Shown here in pieces: positions 1-8,694 of a stretch of DNA of 64,000 bases (its first letter is position 1; every line of letters begins with the position of its first letter). The notes beneath the pieces are model-generated. The model had not been told where the DNA came from. It ran no database searches and worked only from the letters and a program-made list of their open reading frames with translations. Where the stretch lies: assembly GCA_050943115.1 (NCBI GenBank), contig JBMNON010000001.1, positions 50,023 through 114,022 of the forward strand, in the 5' to 3' direction. Source of the stretch: Patescibacteria group bacterium (lineage in GTDB: Bacteria; Patescibacteriota; Microgenomatia; UBA12405). Both the position numbers and the translations under genes were made by a program.

Positions 1-840
1 ATCGTAAAAACTACCATTATTGACATCCGCCGGGAACATCCAAAATTATGGCTGCGTTTTTCTGGGGAAGATGCCTTTAGGACAGAAATCTCAAGTCTTT
101 TTAATGTTTACGATCAAATTGCTGACCTTGTAGACACGATCGGCACTCCCGATACCACCGGCACTGCTACCCCAAAAACAGTAGCCCAAAGAGTCCGCGA
201 CCTCAAAACCCGCTACCCTAAAGTCAATCTTGAATGCCACTTTCACAACGATCTCGGCTTGGCTACAGCCAACACTCTGGCAGCAGTTGAAAACGGAGCC
301 GAGTTTGTCGATTCAACCGTTTGGGGCCTGGCTGAAAGATCTGGGATTACTTCTGTCACCGCCGCCCTAATTAATTTTTCCTACCTTGATCCAAAAATCC
401 TAGACAACTACAAAACAGAATTATGTTACCCCCTGAATGTTCTTATGGCTTCAATTCTAAAAATCCAAGTTCCCTGGTACGAACCGGTCTCCCTAACCAA
501 CAGAACCCATATCGCCGGTGTCCACCAAAAAGCCGTCCTGGCCAAACAAGGTTACGAAGCCCATCATCTGGATAAATTTGGAGTGATAACTGACCAGCTG
601 CTTCTTGGCCCTTTAAGCGGTTGGAACTTTATCCATTATTATCTCAAAGAGATTCTAAATTACATCGTCACCGAAGAACAGACCAAAGAAATTGCCGTCG
701 AATTCAAAAACCGCCAAAGTAAAACCAAAAAATCTATTGAACCGGAAAAACTTCTCAATCAAATAGCCATAGAATACAACTTGGTGAAAATTAGCATCCC
801 TGAAAAATTCGCCAAAACTCGCATTGAAAAACTGGACTGA
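1..840 (+). CDS. LeuA/homocitrate synthase-like DRE-TIM metallolyase (5' truncated by window edge)
   Basis: Frame is open from base 1 and contains EDAFRT, PDTTG, ECHFHNDLGLATANTLAA, GLAERSG and HIAGVHQ motifs of the isopropylmalate/homocitrate synthase family. Confidence 0.8.
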   Translation: MVKTTIIDIRREHPKLWLRFSGEDAFRTEISSLFNVYDQIADLVDTIGTPDTTGTATPKTVAQRVRDLKTRYPKVNLECHFHNDLGLATANTLAAVENGAEFVDSTVWGLAERSGITSVTAALINFSYLDPKILDNYKTELCYPLNVLMASILKIQVPWYEPVSLTNRTHIAGVHQKAVLAKQGYEAHHLDKFGVITDQLLLGPLSGWNFIHYYLKEILNYIVTEEQTKEIAVEFKNRQSKTKKSIEPEKLLNQIAIEYNLVKISIPEKFAKTRIEKLD

Positions 841-911
841 AAGTTCAAGATCTCACCTTATTCTTATCTCTTTTTGTCTTAATACTTACTTAAAAGGTAT
901 ATTTTGAAAGC

Positions 912-1325
912 ATGAAAACATTAATTCTCTCCATAATTTTACCGCTCATCATATTAAGTTTTTCAAAAACTGCTCTGGCCGCTCCTTTTAAAGCCGCCGA
1001 CAAAAACCAGCAAATTGTTGCTTTTTACGAAGAAGGCACCCATGGTATCCCTGGCCAAACCTATACCCACGAAGGTAAAGATGTAGTCATGAAAGCCGGG
1101 GAAAGTCCAGTTGTCCAGCAATGGTTTGTCGGCACTAGTCAGGAAGAAGGATTCCATGGTGAGCATAGTGTCTGGAAGCTGTCAAAAGACGGTACTTGCC
1201 CTCCAAACTGGTTTAAAATGATAGTCACTGGGCCGGAAGGAAACAACTATTGGGGTGATGTTATGGAACCCGGAGCCACCTACTGCATCCACACCAGTCA
1301 GTTTCTCCAAGGGCAAAACCAATAA
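912..1325 (+). CDS. Secreted hypothetical protein
   Basis: Sec-type signal peptide ending ALA-A; Trp/Gly-rich small domain with 2 Cys. Confidence 0.7.
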   Translation: MKTLILSIILPLIILSFSKTALAAPFKAADKNQQIVAFYEEGTHGIPGQTYTHEGKDVVMKAGESPVVQQWFVGTSQEEGFHGEHSVWKLSKDGTCPPNWFKMIVTGPEGNNYWGDVMEPGATYCIHTSQFLQGQNQ

Positions 1326-1376
1326 AAGCTGATTCATTCCCCAAATCACCAACGAGATAGTATACTGTTATTTACC

Positions 1377-1772
1377 ATGTCAAAACCCAACTACCCTCTT
1401 GCAGTCCTTGTTTTTATCCTTACTCTTGTAATCTTCACCATCCTCGGCCTTGCACTTTCCCGAAACAATCAAAATCTTCCACCGACAAACCAGCTCCCGA
1501 CGGACAACAGTCCCACACCAACTGCTATTGAAGCTAATTTTAATGAATCCGGTAACTTAATCAAAGAAAATGATTCCTGGAATTTCCTTTATGAAGAACC
1601 CGGTCAACCGGCTTTAAAAGTTTCTCTTAACTTTACCGGCGAAAGCCGCTGCGACATCTCCGGTTCTGTTGTTGAATGTGACGATGTAAACATAGAAACC
1701 GGTGCTCGGGCTATGGTAAAAGGCGACAAAATCGGCAATATAGTCACAGTTTACAACCTAATAAGCTTTTAA
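1377..1772 (+). CDS. Membrane-anchored hypothetical protein (possible OB-like domain)
   Basis: N-terminal TM helix, P/T/N linker, small beta-rich domain. Confidence 0.65.
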   Translation: MSKPNYPLAVLVFILTLVIFTILGLALSRNNQNLPPTNQLPTDNSPTPTAIEANFNESGNLIKENDSWNFLYEEPGQPALKVSLNFTGESRCDISGSVVECDDVNIETGARAMVKGDKIGNIVTVYNLISF

Positions 1773-2635
1773 GAAATATCTTCGGTATCTGACTCGTTAT
1801 TAGATATATGCTTCATCACTATCATATATCTGGACCATGTATAGTCACCAACTTCATCATTACCCTCCTCCCCCGGAACTCTCCATCCACAAAAAACTAC
1901 TACCAGATACTTCTCCTTTATCCTCTGCTCTGCTTGGGCATAATTCATTAGCGCTTTGGCATCACTCATAAATTCCCCTACTCCTTCAGGTGGAATTCTT
2001 ACCAAGTTCACCACTGAAAAATTTTCCCTATTTTCCTTTTGGACAAACTCTATTTCAGCCCTCATGATTAAATCAGCTCTTCTTTTTCTTTCATCTTCAT
2101 TAAATATATTTCCAAATAGCGACACTCCGCCCTCCAGAAAACTCCTCAAAGGCTCAGCCTCCAAAGGTATAGAATTTTTACTGCCACTATGCATTGCAAC
2201 CAGTGTGTAATCCTCTGTGTCCAAAGTAAATGCCCTACCGTCACCAGCTTTATATAATTCACCGACATCCGAAATTCCTTCAACATAAGGACTGGGAATA
2301 AATCCTATTTCAATACAACTCCCATCTTCCACCCTCACTATTCCTTGAACTTTTTCTTTGAATGACAAATTTATTTCACCAAAAACATATGGTTGTGACA
2401 TTTCTAATCCCGCAGATGGGACTATCACCGCACGCGGCTCATCATCAATGGGCTTTTTGCCAACCTCAATTGTAGGTACAGCTTTGGTATCATTGATAAT
2501 TCTCGAAATAGCTTCAGTACTTTCAGGCCCTGGGTTTTTATAGTTGTCTCCAGCACCACATGCAGACGCAGCCACACCTAGCACACTTAAAGCACTTATT
2601 TTTAAAAAATCTCTTCTGCCAAGTAATCTTTCCAT
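1769..2635 (-). CDS. Twin-arginine lipoprotein, putative divergent sortase-like protein
   Basis: RRDFLK followed by lipobox ASAC; C-terminal half has LVAMHSG ... LVVVFCG ... SRYMIV, the His/Cys/Arg order of sortases. Confidence 0.5.
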   Translation of the reverse strand: MERLLGRRDFLKISALSVLGVAASACGAGDNYKNPGPESTEAISRIINDTKAVPTIEVGKKPIDDEPRAVIVPSAGLEMSQPYVFGEINLSFKEKVQGIVRVEDGSCIEIGFIPSPYVEGISDVGELYKAGDGRAFTLDTEDYTLVAMHSGSKNSIPLEAEPLRSFLEGGVSLFGNIFNEDERKRRADLIMRAEIEFVQKENRENFSVVNLVRIPPEGVGEFMSDAKALMNYAQAEQRIKEKYLVVVFCGWRVPGEEGNDEVGDYTWSRYMIVMKHISNNESDTEDIS

Positions 2636-2797
2636 AATTCATTTTTAAAATTAATTTAAAAATGAATTATGGAAATAACTTCAAACCACCCTTCAGGGAA
2701 CATAACACACAAACCTGTGCATCGCTGTTCCCCGAAGGAGGTGTTGGAGGGAATTTGGCACATCAATGTGCTTCCTTCCCTCCTCCCGAGAGATCCA

Positions 2798-3481
2798 CTA
2801 TGTTTCGTGCCGCCGCCCGGAACCATAGCCATACAAGTACCCGAAGAATGCTCCCAAGGCCATTGCTAGGAGAATAATAATTGCCATTTGGCAATCATTA
2901 TCCACACCACCCCCTGTAGGAATCAGTGGGATTGGTGTTGCCGTTAAAGTCGGCTGTTCCGGCGTCTCTGTCGGAGTGACTGGCGTAGCTGTCGGTGTCA
3001 CTGGAGTCGAAGTCGGCGTCATCGGCGTTGACGTTGGTGTCGGCTCCTCCGGCGTGCTCGTAGGAACTGGCGTTTCCGTCGGCTTCACGGGCGTTTCGGT
3101 AGGCACCGGAGTCTCAGTTGGCACCTCTGGTGTACTGGTCGGAGTCATTGTAGGGATCGGGCACTTGCATGTCCACGAAACGACAATGTGCGATATGTCT
3201 TGGCAGGCACTCGAATTGTCTTTCTCCCACACTCTCCAACCGGAATCATCCCAGGAAAACCCGAAACACTCGTTCGGACTACCTTGGTATTGTCCGGCCT
3301 TGATCTGAACGAAAGCTGACTCCACCCCATGTTCACAGTCAAACGATCCAGATTTCTCCGAATCGCTATCATTCCACTCGATCTTAACGGATCCGCCTCC
3401 ACAGGTTTCTGCTACAACCCACAAAGGGGTTGAAGCCAGAACCGTAACCAAAACGATCAACAAAAAGACTCTCCACTTCAT
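2798..3481 (-). CDS. Secreted Cys-containing protein with PT-repeat stalk and IPTGG-TM-RR sorting signal
   Basis: Start reassigned to ATG 3481 after GGGAGG SD; signal peptide, PTETP/PTSTP repeats, LIPTGG, hydrophobic helix, GRRHET tail. Confidence 0.75.
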   Translation of the reverse strand: MKWRVFLLIVLVTVLASTPLWVVAETCGGGSVKIEWNDSDSEKSGSFDCEHGVESAFVQIKAGQYQGSPNECFGFSWDDSGWRVWEKDNSSACQDISHIVVSWTCKCPIPTMTPTSTPEVPTETPVPTETPVKPTETPVPTSTPEEPTPTSTPMTPTSTPVTPTATPVTPTETPEQPTLTATPIPLIPTGGGVDNDCQMAIIILLAMALGAFFGYLYGYGSGRRHET

Positions 3482-3682
3482 TTCAGACCTCCCTTTCCTG
3501 TTCGTGTGAAGTATATTATCGGCCATCATTCTCACCACTATGGCAAGAATGTTTAACAAGGTTAGTTGCCAAGGGGCGGCAACTCTACAACAGATGGGGG
3601 TTAAAAGGGGTAATATATCCAAAAGGGACACTACCGGCAAATTTTACCGGCACTATCCCTCCTGGATATTTGATCTCTCGGA

Positions 3683-3778
3683 TTGTTAAAGAACTATAAT
3701 CCACCCTCATTGATTAGCAATTAACCAAAAGTGGGAACTATAATACGACATTATAGGTTTTAATAGCTTAAAAGTCAA
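3683..3778 (-). promoter_or_regulatory. Sigma70 promoter plus boxA-like motif
   Basis: TTGACT (3778-3773), 17 bp, TATAAT (3755-3750); GTTCTTTAACAA at 3694-3683. Confidence 0.65.
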
Positions 3779-3887
3779 TCACTTGATAGCCACTTTCCAC
3801 CATTCCTTGAAGCAAAATTCCAAAAATGTTATTCTTAAGAATAGATATCCTTGTTTGTGCCTTGATAATTACAAATTTTGATTTTAC

Positions 3888-4196
3888 ATGAACATACTCA
3901 TAACCGGCGACAATGTTGATATCACCCCCGAAATTAAAGAATTGGTTGATGAAAAAATTGACACCAAGCTCGACCCCCACCTCGCCCATTTCGCTCCGGA
4001 AATCAAAACTGCTGCCCTTAAAATCAGTCGTCAAACCAAAACAGGAAATTTCGAAGTTAATTTAGATATGATGTTGCCTGGAAAAATGCATGTTTACGCC
4101 AAAGCCGCCAATTCCCGTCTCGATTCAGCTCTTATTGACCTTAGGGAGCAAATAGAACGTCAGATTGAAAAATATAAAGCCGATCTAAGGCGATAA
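3888..4196 (+). CDS. hpf: Ribosome hibernation factor (short HPF/RaiA)
   Basis: MNILITGDNVDITPEIKELVDEK ... SALIDLREQIERQIEKYK matches the S30AE/RaiA fold. Confidence 0.85.
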   Translation: MNILITGDNVDITPEIKELVDEKIDTKLDPHLAHFAPEIKTAALKISRQTKTGNFEVNLDMMLPGKMHVYAKAANSRLDSALIDLREQIERQIEKYKADLRR

Positions 4197-4238
4197 CTGT
4201 AATTGCAATTTGCCCTTGCCTCACCTATAATACAGCCT

Positions 4239-4418
4239 ATGGCTAAAGCAAAAAAGACACCCAGAATATTAATCGCCCTAAACTGTGCTAAATGCGGCGC
4301 CCAAAATTATCTGAGTGAGAAAAATAGAACCAACACTACTGACAAGCTCAAATTCACCAAGTATTGTCGCTGGTGCAAAACCCGTACCGAACATCGGGAA
4401 TCTACCAAGCTCAAGTAA
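4239..4418 (+). CDS. rpmG: 50S ribosomal protein L33 (Zn-binding type)
   Basis: IALNCAKC..NY..EKNRTNT..KL...KYCRWC..RTEHRE; start reassigned to ATG 4239. Confidence 0.95.
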   Translation: MAKAKKTPRILIALNCAKCGAQNYLSEKNRTNTTDKLKFTKYCRWCKTRTEHRESTKLK

Positions 4419-5464
4419 TGGTCCAAACTGAATCGCTTATTTCCGCCCTGGAAAATATCTACATCTCCCCTTTAGAGCAATGTAACTTGAACTGCAAGTA
4501 CTGCTACACTCACAAAACAAAAAATGTCCTTTCTAATAAACAAATATTAAACTTCGTCCGTGTTTATGGATCATTTTTAAAAAGTTACAGCCGCAAATTT
4601 TTGACAATCTCTCAACTCGGCAACGGACTTGACGGAGGCCAAAAATTTTGTGGCAAGACTGAAAATTCCCCTCGCTACAATAAATACATATCAAATTCTT
4701 TCAACACAAGTGCTTTTGACAGTCTTCAACGCCAAAACATTGACCAGCCCCAAAAACACCTCACCCAAAAGAATACATTATCCCTAAAATCCATCCTTTT
4801 TTGCGGCGGAGAAGTATTTCTTCTCCCTGACTTCCCTCCTCTGGTCAACCAACTTATCTCTCAAGGCATTTTTATTACCATCATCACCAACGGCACTATC
4901 GACCGGCTCTCCGAAATTAAAGACCCAACCAATTGTCAGCTATTAGTCTCCCTCGACGGACCCGAAAAAATCCACGATCAAAACCGAGGTTTGGGTAATT
5001 TTCAAAAGAGTAAAATTTTTATTCGTAATGCACTTAAATTAGGCTTTCCAGTGGAAATTATGTATCTCATAAGTTCCGCCTCTTACCCTTACAGAGACTC
5101 GTTTAACCTCTTTGATTTGCCCAAAACTTATCTTACAGACCGCCTTCATTCACTCGCTCCGGACCAAACCCTGAATATCAAAAAAAACTATCCTACCTAC
5201 CCCGCCAAAAACTTCGGTTGCTTTCAGCTGGCTTTGCAATCCGATACTTATATCTACGGTTGTTGCGAATCCTCAAAGTCCCTCGCCCGAATGTCTGATC
5301 CGCCCTCACGGATAATCGACAACTTCATCAATGCCCTCAAACCCTGCTCCCTCTGCTCCAATAAACAATGTCTGGGTTGCGTTGACCCCAGATACCTTTG
5401 TAGTTACAATTCCGAACTTTCCCAACAAAATTGCCAAAATGTTGTAAAATCTTTTACCCAATGA
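4418..5464 (+). CDS. Radical SAM protein with Cys-rich C-terminus
   Basis: CNLNCKYC, GGE, TNG, SLDG motifs; start ATG overlaps the rpmG stop (TAATG). Confidence 0.85.
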   Translation: MVQTESLISALENIYISPLEQCNLNCKYCYTHKTKNVLSNKQILNFVRVYGSFLKSYSRKFLTISQLGNGLDGGQKFCGKTENSPRYNKYISNSFNTSAFDSLQRQNIDQPQKHLTQKNTLSLKSILFCGGEVFLLPDFPPLVNQLISQGIFITIITNGTIDRLSEIKDPTNCQLLVSLDGPEKIHDQNRGLGNFQKSKIFIRNALKLGFPVEIMYLISSASYPYRDSFNLFDLPKTYLTDRLHSLAPDQTLNIKKNYPTYPAKNFGCFQLALQSDTYIYGCCESSKSLARMSDPPSRIIDNFINALKPCSLCSNKQCLGCVDPRYLCSYNSELSQQNCQNVVKSFTQ

Positions 5465-6483
5465 ATCAAAAATTTCAATCCCAATTTATCAAGGAATGGA
5501 CAATCCAGCTTGCAAGGGATTTTTTCCTGTCCCGGCACTTTCACGAGGTTGAAACTCCTACTCTCATGCCCCGGATTCCCATCGAACCCAATCTCTACCC
5601 GCTCAAAACCACTTGGGTCGAAAGAAAGCTTGATTTCTACCTGGCTACCTCGCCTGAAAGTTCTCTAAAAAAGTTAATCGCGGATGGTCTTGGCAACTGT
5701 TTTGCCATCAGCAAAGTCTTTCGTGATTTAGAAAATATAGGACCTACTCACAATCTGGAATTTTCCATGCTCGAATGGTATGAAATGGGCAAAACCTATC
5801 ATGATATCGCTCTAACTACTCAAAAATTACTAATACATGTTTACAATGGAATCCAAAATATATTAGGAATCTGCAATAACAATATACTCAACTACCAGGA
5901 TAACATAATTGATCTTAGCCCACCTTGGCACGAATATATCATGACTGATCTTTTTAAAAAATATGCGGATATGGATTTAAGCCAAAATTTAACCACCCAA
6001 AAGCTTAAAACCACCGCCCAAAAAAAAGGTTACAACACCGAAGGTGTTGACTCCTGGGAACCACTCTACACTCAAATATTTATTAACGAAATCGAATCCC
6101 GTCTTCCCATGGACAAACCCGTTATTATCTATGATTTTCCAACTCGCCAATCCCCCCTTTGCCAACCCTGTCCCAATTCCACCACCTTCTCTCAACGTTT
6201 TGAGTTTTATATCGGGGGCATGGAAATTGGCAATGCCTACACTGAATTGACAGACGCCAAGACCTTGGAAAAAAACTTTAAAAAAGAGGCTGCCTACCGC
6301 AAAAACCACTCCCTCCCCCTCCACCCTCCCGATGAAAAATTTGTTGAGGCCATTGGCCGTTTACCCCCCTGCGCCGGTATCGGACTGGGCGTCGACCGTC
6401 TAGCCATGCTTCTTGCCAATACATCCAATATCGAGGATGTTCTCTACTTCCCCACCTCCAAACTTATTTCTGACTCTAATTAG
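5461..6483 (+). CDS. epmA: EF-P lysine aminoacylase EpmA/GenX (LysRS2 catalytic domain only)
   Basis: EVETP, YLATSPE..LKKL, HNLEFSMLEWY, RFEFYIGG.EIGNAYTEL, GIGLGVDRL; no anticodon domain; ATGA overlap with the radical SAM gene. Confidence 0.85.
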   Translation: MNQKFQSQFIKEWTIQLARDFFLSRHFHEVETPTLMPRIPIEPNLYPLKTTWVERKLDFYLATSPESSLKKLIADGLGNCFAISKVFRDLENIGPTHNLEFSMLEWYEMGKTYHDIALTTQKLLIHVYNGIQNILGICNNNILNYQDNIIDLSPPWHEYIMTDLFKKYADMDLSQNLTTQKLKTTAQKKGYNTEGVDSWEPLYTQIFINEIESRLPMDKPVIIYDFPTRQSPLCQPCPNSTTFSQRFEFYIGGMEIGNAYTELTDAKTLEKNFKKEAAYRKNHSLPLHPPDEKFVEAIGRLPPCAGIGLGVDRLAMLLANTSNIEDVLYFPTSKLISDSN

Positions 6484-7091
6484 CTTATCTTACTTGCCAA
6501 AACTCTAGCCGCCACCACAACTTCCTCACAGGCTGTTCTCTCTGCTGCCCTTCTTAAAACTTTTGAATACTTTCGCCTGGCTACCCAGGAACTAATTTCC
6601 GCCAATGGATACATATCAACAAAATACAATTTATTGCTTCCGTCTTCCACTACAAAATTTCTGAACTCGTCATGCGCCCGGTGAACACCTCCCAACAAAT
6701 CCGGCAAAACTGGATAACCTGCCTCTTTTTTTGTAACTTCGGCCATCTTGGTGCACCTTTCCAAAAAATAAGCCAATTGACTTCCCACATTGGCACTCAA
6801 CCTCCTCATCTCCGAAAGCGGTTGCCCCTTTATCCAATCCATAGAAATAATACAAACACAACCCGATGCCCATCTGGGATCGTCAACCACTTTCATTTCA
6901 CAACTCGGAATCATATTGTCAAGCCCCCACCTCTCGTCCTTAAGAAAATTAATACTTCTCCCCACTAGCCTTTCGTAATCTGATTTTTCCGGTATGCAGC
7001 TAAAGCCGCTTCCTGGCAAGTCGGGCAAATTAGTTACCTGTTTATGAACCCTGCCCTCTTTAGGGACCAAAACCATCGTATTCAAACCCAT
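6480..7091 (-). CDS. Hypothetical protein, possible protein-kinase-like fold
   Basis: VHK, PDLLG...RNFVV and LYFVD resemble PKL Lys, catalytic loop and DFG; start uncertain. Confidence 0.4.
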   Translation of the reverse strand: MGLNTMVLVPKEGRVHKQVTNLPDLPGSGFSCIPEKSDYERLVGRSINFLKDERWGLDNMIPSCEMKVVDDPRWASGCVCIISMDWIKGQPLSEMRRLSANVGSQLAYFLERCTKMAEVTKKEAGYPVLPDLLGGVHRAHDEFRNFVVEDGSNKLYFVDMYPLAEISSWVARRKYSKVLRRAAERTACEEVVVAARVLASKIS

Positions 7092-7152
7092 CTCTATCGT
7101 TCCCACAATGTATTCTACAACATTACCCCAAGGCTTGATAAAATAAAACAAT

Positions 7153-7299
7153 ATGACAAAAACAACTGAAAATAACCAACACCAACCGGAGCCCGCCCTA
7201 CCCAAGCGGCCCCCGATTCCTCAAATCCATCAAAAACCTTCTTTTGGCAATAAATCGTTCAACCGTACTTTCAACACACACAACCGTGGCCGCCGCTGA
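7153..7299 (+). CDS. Small basic protein (48 aa, not in ORF track)
   Basis: MTKTTENNQHQPEPALPKRPPIPQIHQKPSFGNKSFNRTFNTHNRGRR; fills the intergenic gap, C-rich codons like other + strand genes. Confidence 0.5.
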   Translation: MTKTTENNQHQPEPALPKRPPIPQIHQKPSFGNKSFNRTFNTHNRGRR

Positions 7300-7300
7300 C

Positions 7301-8443
7301 TTATATCTTCTTCAATATATTCAATAGCTTGCCGTTAATCTTGTCCGGAGTAAAAACCTGCTTCATCCTATCCCTTACCTTGCCGCTTACTTCCTGGCGA
7401 TTAATTTCTCCGACCTTTTTATATACTTGAGCTGTCGACCTAAAATCTACCACCCAATCTTTTAAACCTAATTTTTTGAAAGTTTCTGCCACCCCCATAT
7501 TGGAGCTAACCAGAGCCGGAGTTCCGCAGGCAACGGCCTCCTGAGCTACATTTCCGTAAGTCTCAAAAAATGAAGGGCTCAAAACTACCCCCATATTACC
7601 ATAGAATTTAGCCAACCTCTGGTTATTCATCGGTTTAATTAACTTAACAAAATTATACAAATCACCCACATCATTTTTAGCCTTCTTGGTATCAGTTACC
7701 ACGTTAATTCTAAACAAATCACCGCGTTTATGGTTATATCTAACCAACTTCTTCACAAAATTTGGATTTTTTATATTTGACCAACGGCTAACTAAACCGA
7801 CGTTTTTGGCAGAACCCCCCTTCTTAATATCAAAGAAATGTTCCGGCACCGGATTGGGCAGCACTGCCCCCTGGCAAATCTTATGGCCAAAAACTTCGTT
7901 TTCAACAGTCTCCTTAGCTAGTTCCGACGGAAAAACATAGAACAATCTATCGTTGTCAAATGTCTTCTCCATTTCATTTACCAGTTTTCTTGGTTTTTCG
8001 TCCATATGCTCTGTTTCTTTAGTCAATATTCCGTGATAATGCAAAACCATTGACTGATTATTCTTATTCGACCCGGCCATAAATAAACACCATGGTACAA
8101 AGTATGTACCATTTACCAAAATTACGTCCGGCTTTTCCTTTTTAATTACTTCTTTATAGGTATCTATCAACTCTTGATAAGAGTTTTTTATGTCTTCAAC
8201 ACTTTCGGAATCCTTCAGCACATCCGCAAACACCTTGCATTTTTTATTAACTTTAAGCAGCTCAAAATTCTTCTTATCTTCTTTGTAAATTCCACTTTCA
8301 CAAGCATTCGGCTCTCCGCAAATTTCCACCCCGACAATTTTAACCTTCTTCTTTGAATCACTTTCTACATAATTAACAAAATTGGAAAAAGTCTGTCCGA
8401 TTCCTCCTAGTGGATTAGTTTGAACATTGGTTAATATTTTCAT
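7301..8443 (-). CDS. GT4-family glycosyltransferase
   Basis: NPLGGIG, PSFFETYGNVAQEAVACGTP (E-X7-E). Confidence 0.85.
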   Translation of the reverse strand: MKILTNVQTNPLGGIGQTFSNFVNYVESDSKKKVKIVGVEICGEPNACESGIYKEDKKNFELLKVNKKCKVFADVLKDSESVEDIKNSYQELIDTYKEVIKKEKPDVILVNGTYFVPWCLFMAGSNKNNQSMVLHYHGILTKETEHMDEKPRKLVNEMEKTFDNDRLFYVFPSELAKETVENEVFGHKICQGAVLPNPVPEHFFDIKKGGSAKNVGLVSRWSNIKNPNFVKKLVRYNHKRGDLFRINVVTDTKKAKNDVGDLYNFVKLIKPMNNQRLAKFYGNMGVVLSPSFFETYGNVAQEAVACGTPALVSSNMGVAETFKKLGLKDWVVDFRSTAQVYKKVGEINRQEVSGKVRDRMKQVFTPDKINGKLLNILKKI

Positions 8444-8694
8444 AAGAAATCTCCATTCAAAAAATTATAGGATAGACTTCTATTTTACCATACGTTCACT
8501 TTATGTCAAAACATACAATTATAGGATTATCCGCGTCTTCTTATCATTCTCTTACACTAAGCTTACTCTCCCCTTAAACTTTGACCGTATCCTTATTCTT
8601 GAAAGGCACAAATAAAAAACACCAAGGTGAACTCTACCCCGTTGTGGGTCATACAAATTCAGCACCTTGGTTTTTTTATGTTATATTAGATTTC

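Noticed and set aside
2940-3150. Tandem DNA repeats resembling a repeat array or CRISPR
   Set aside because: They encode PTETP/PTSTP protein repeats, degenerate at third positions, with no spacers
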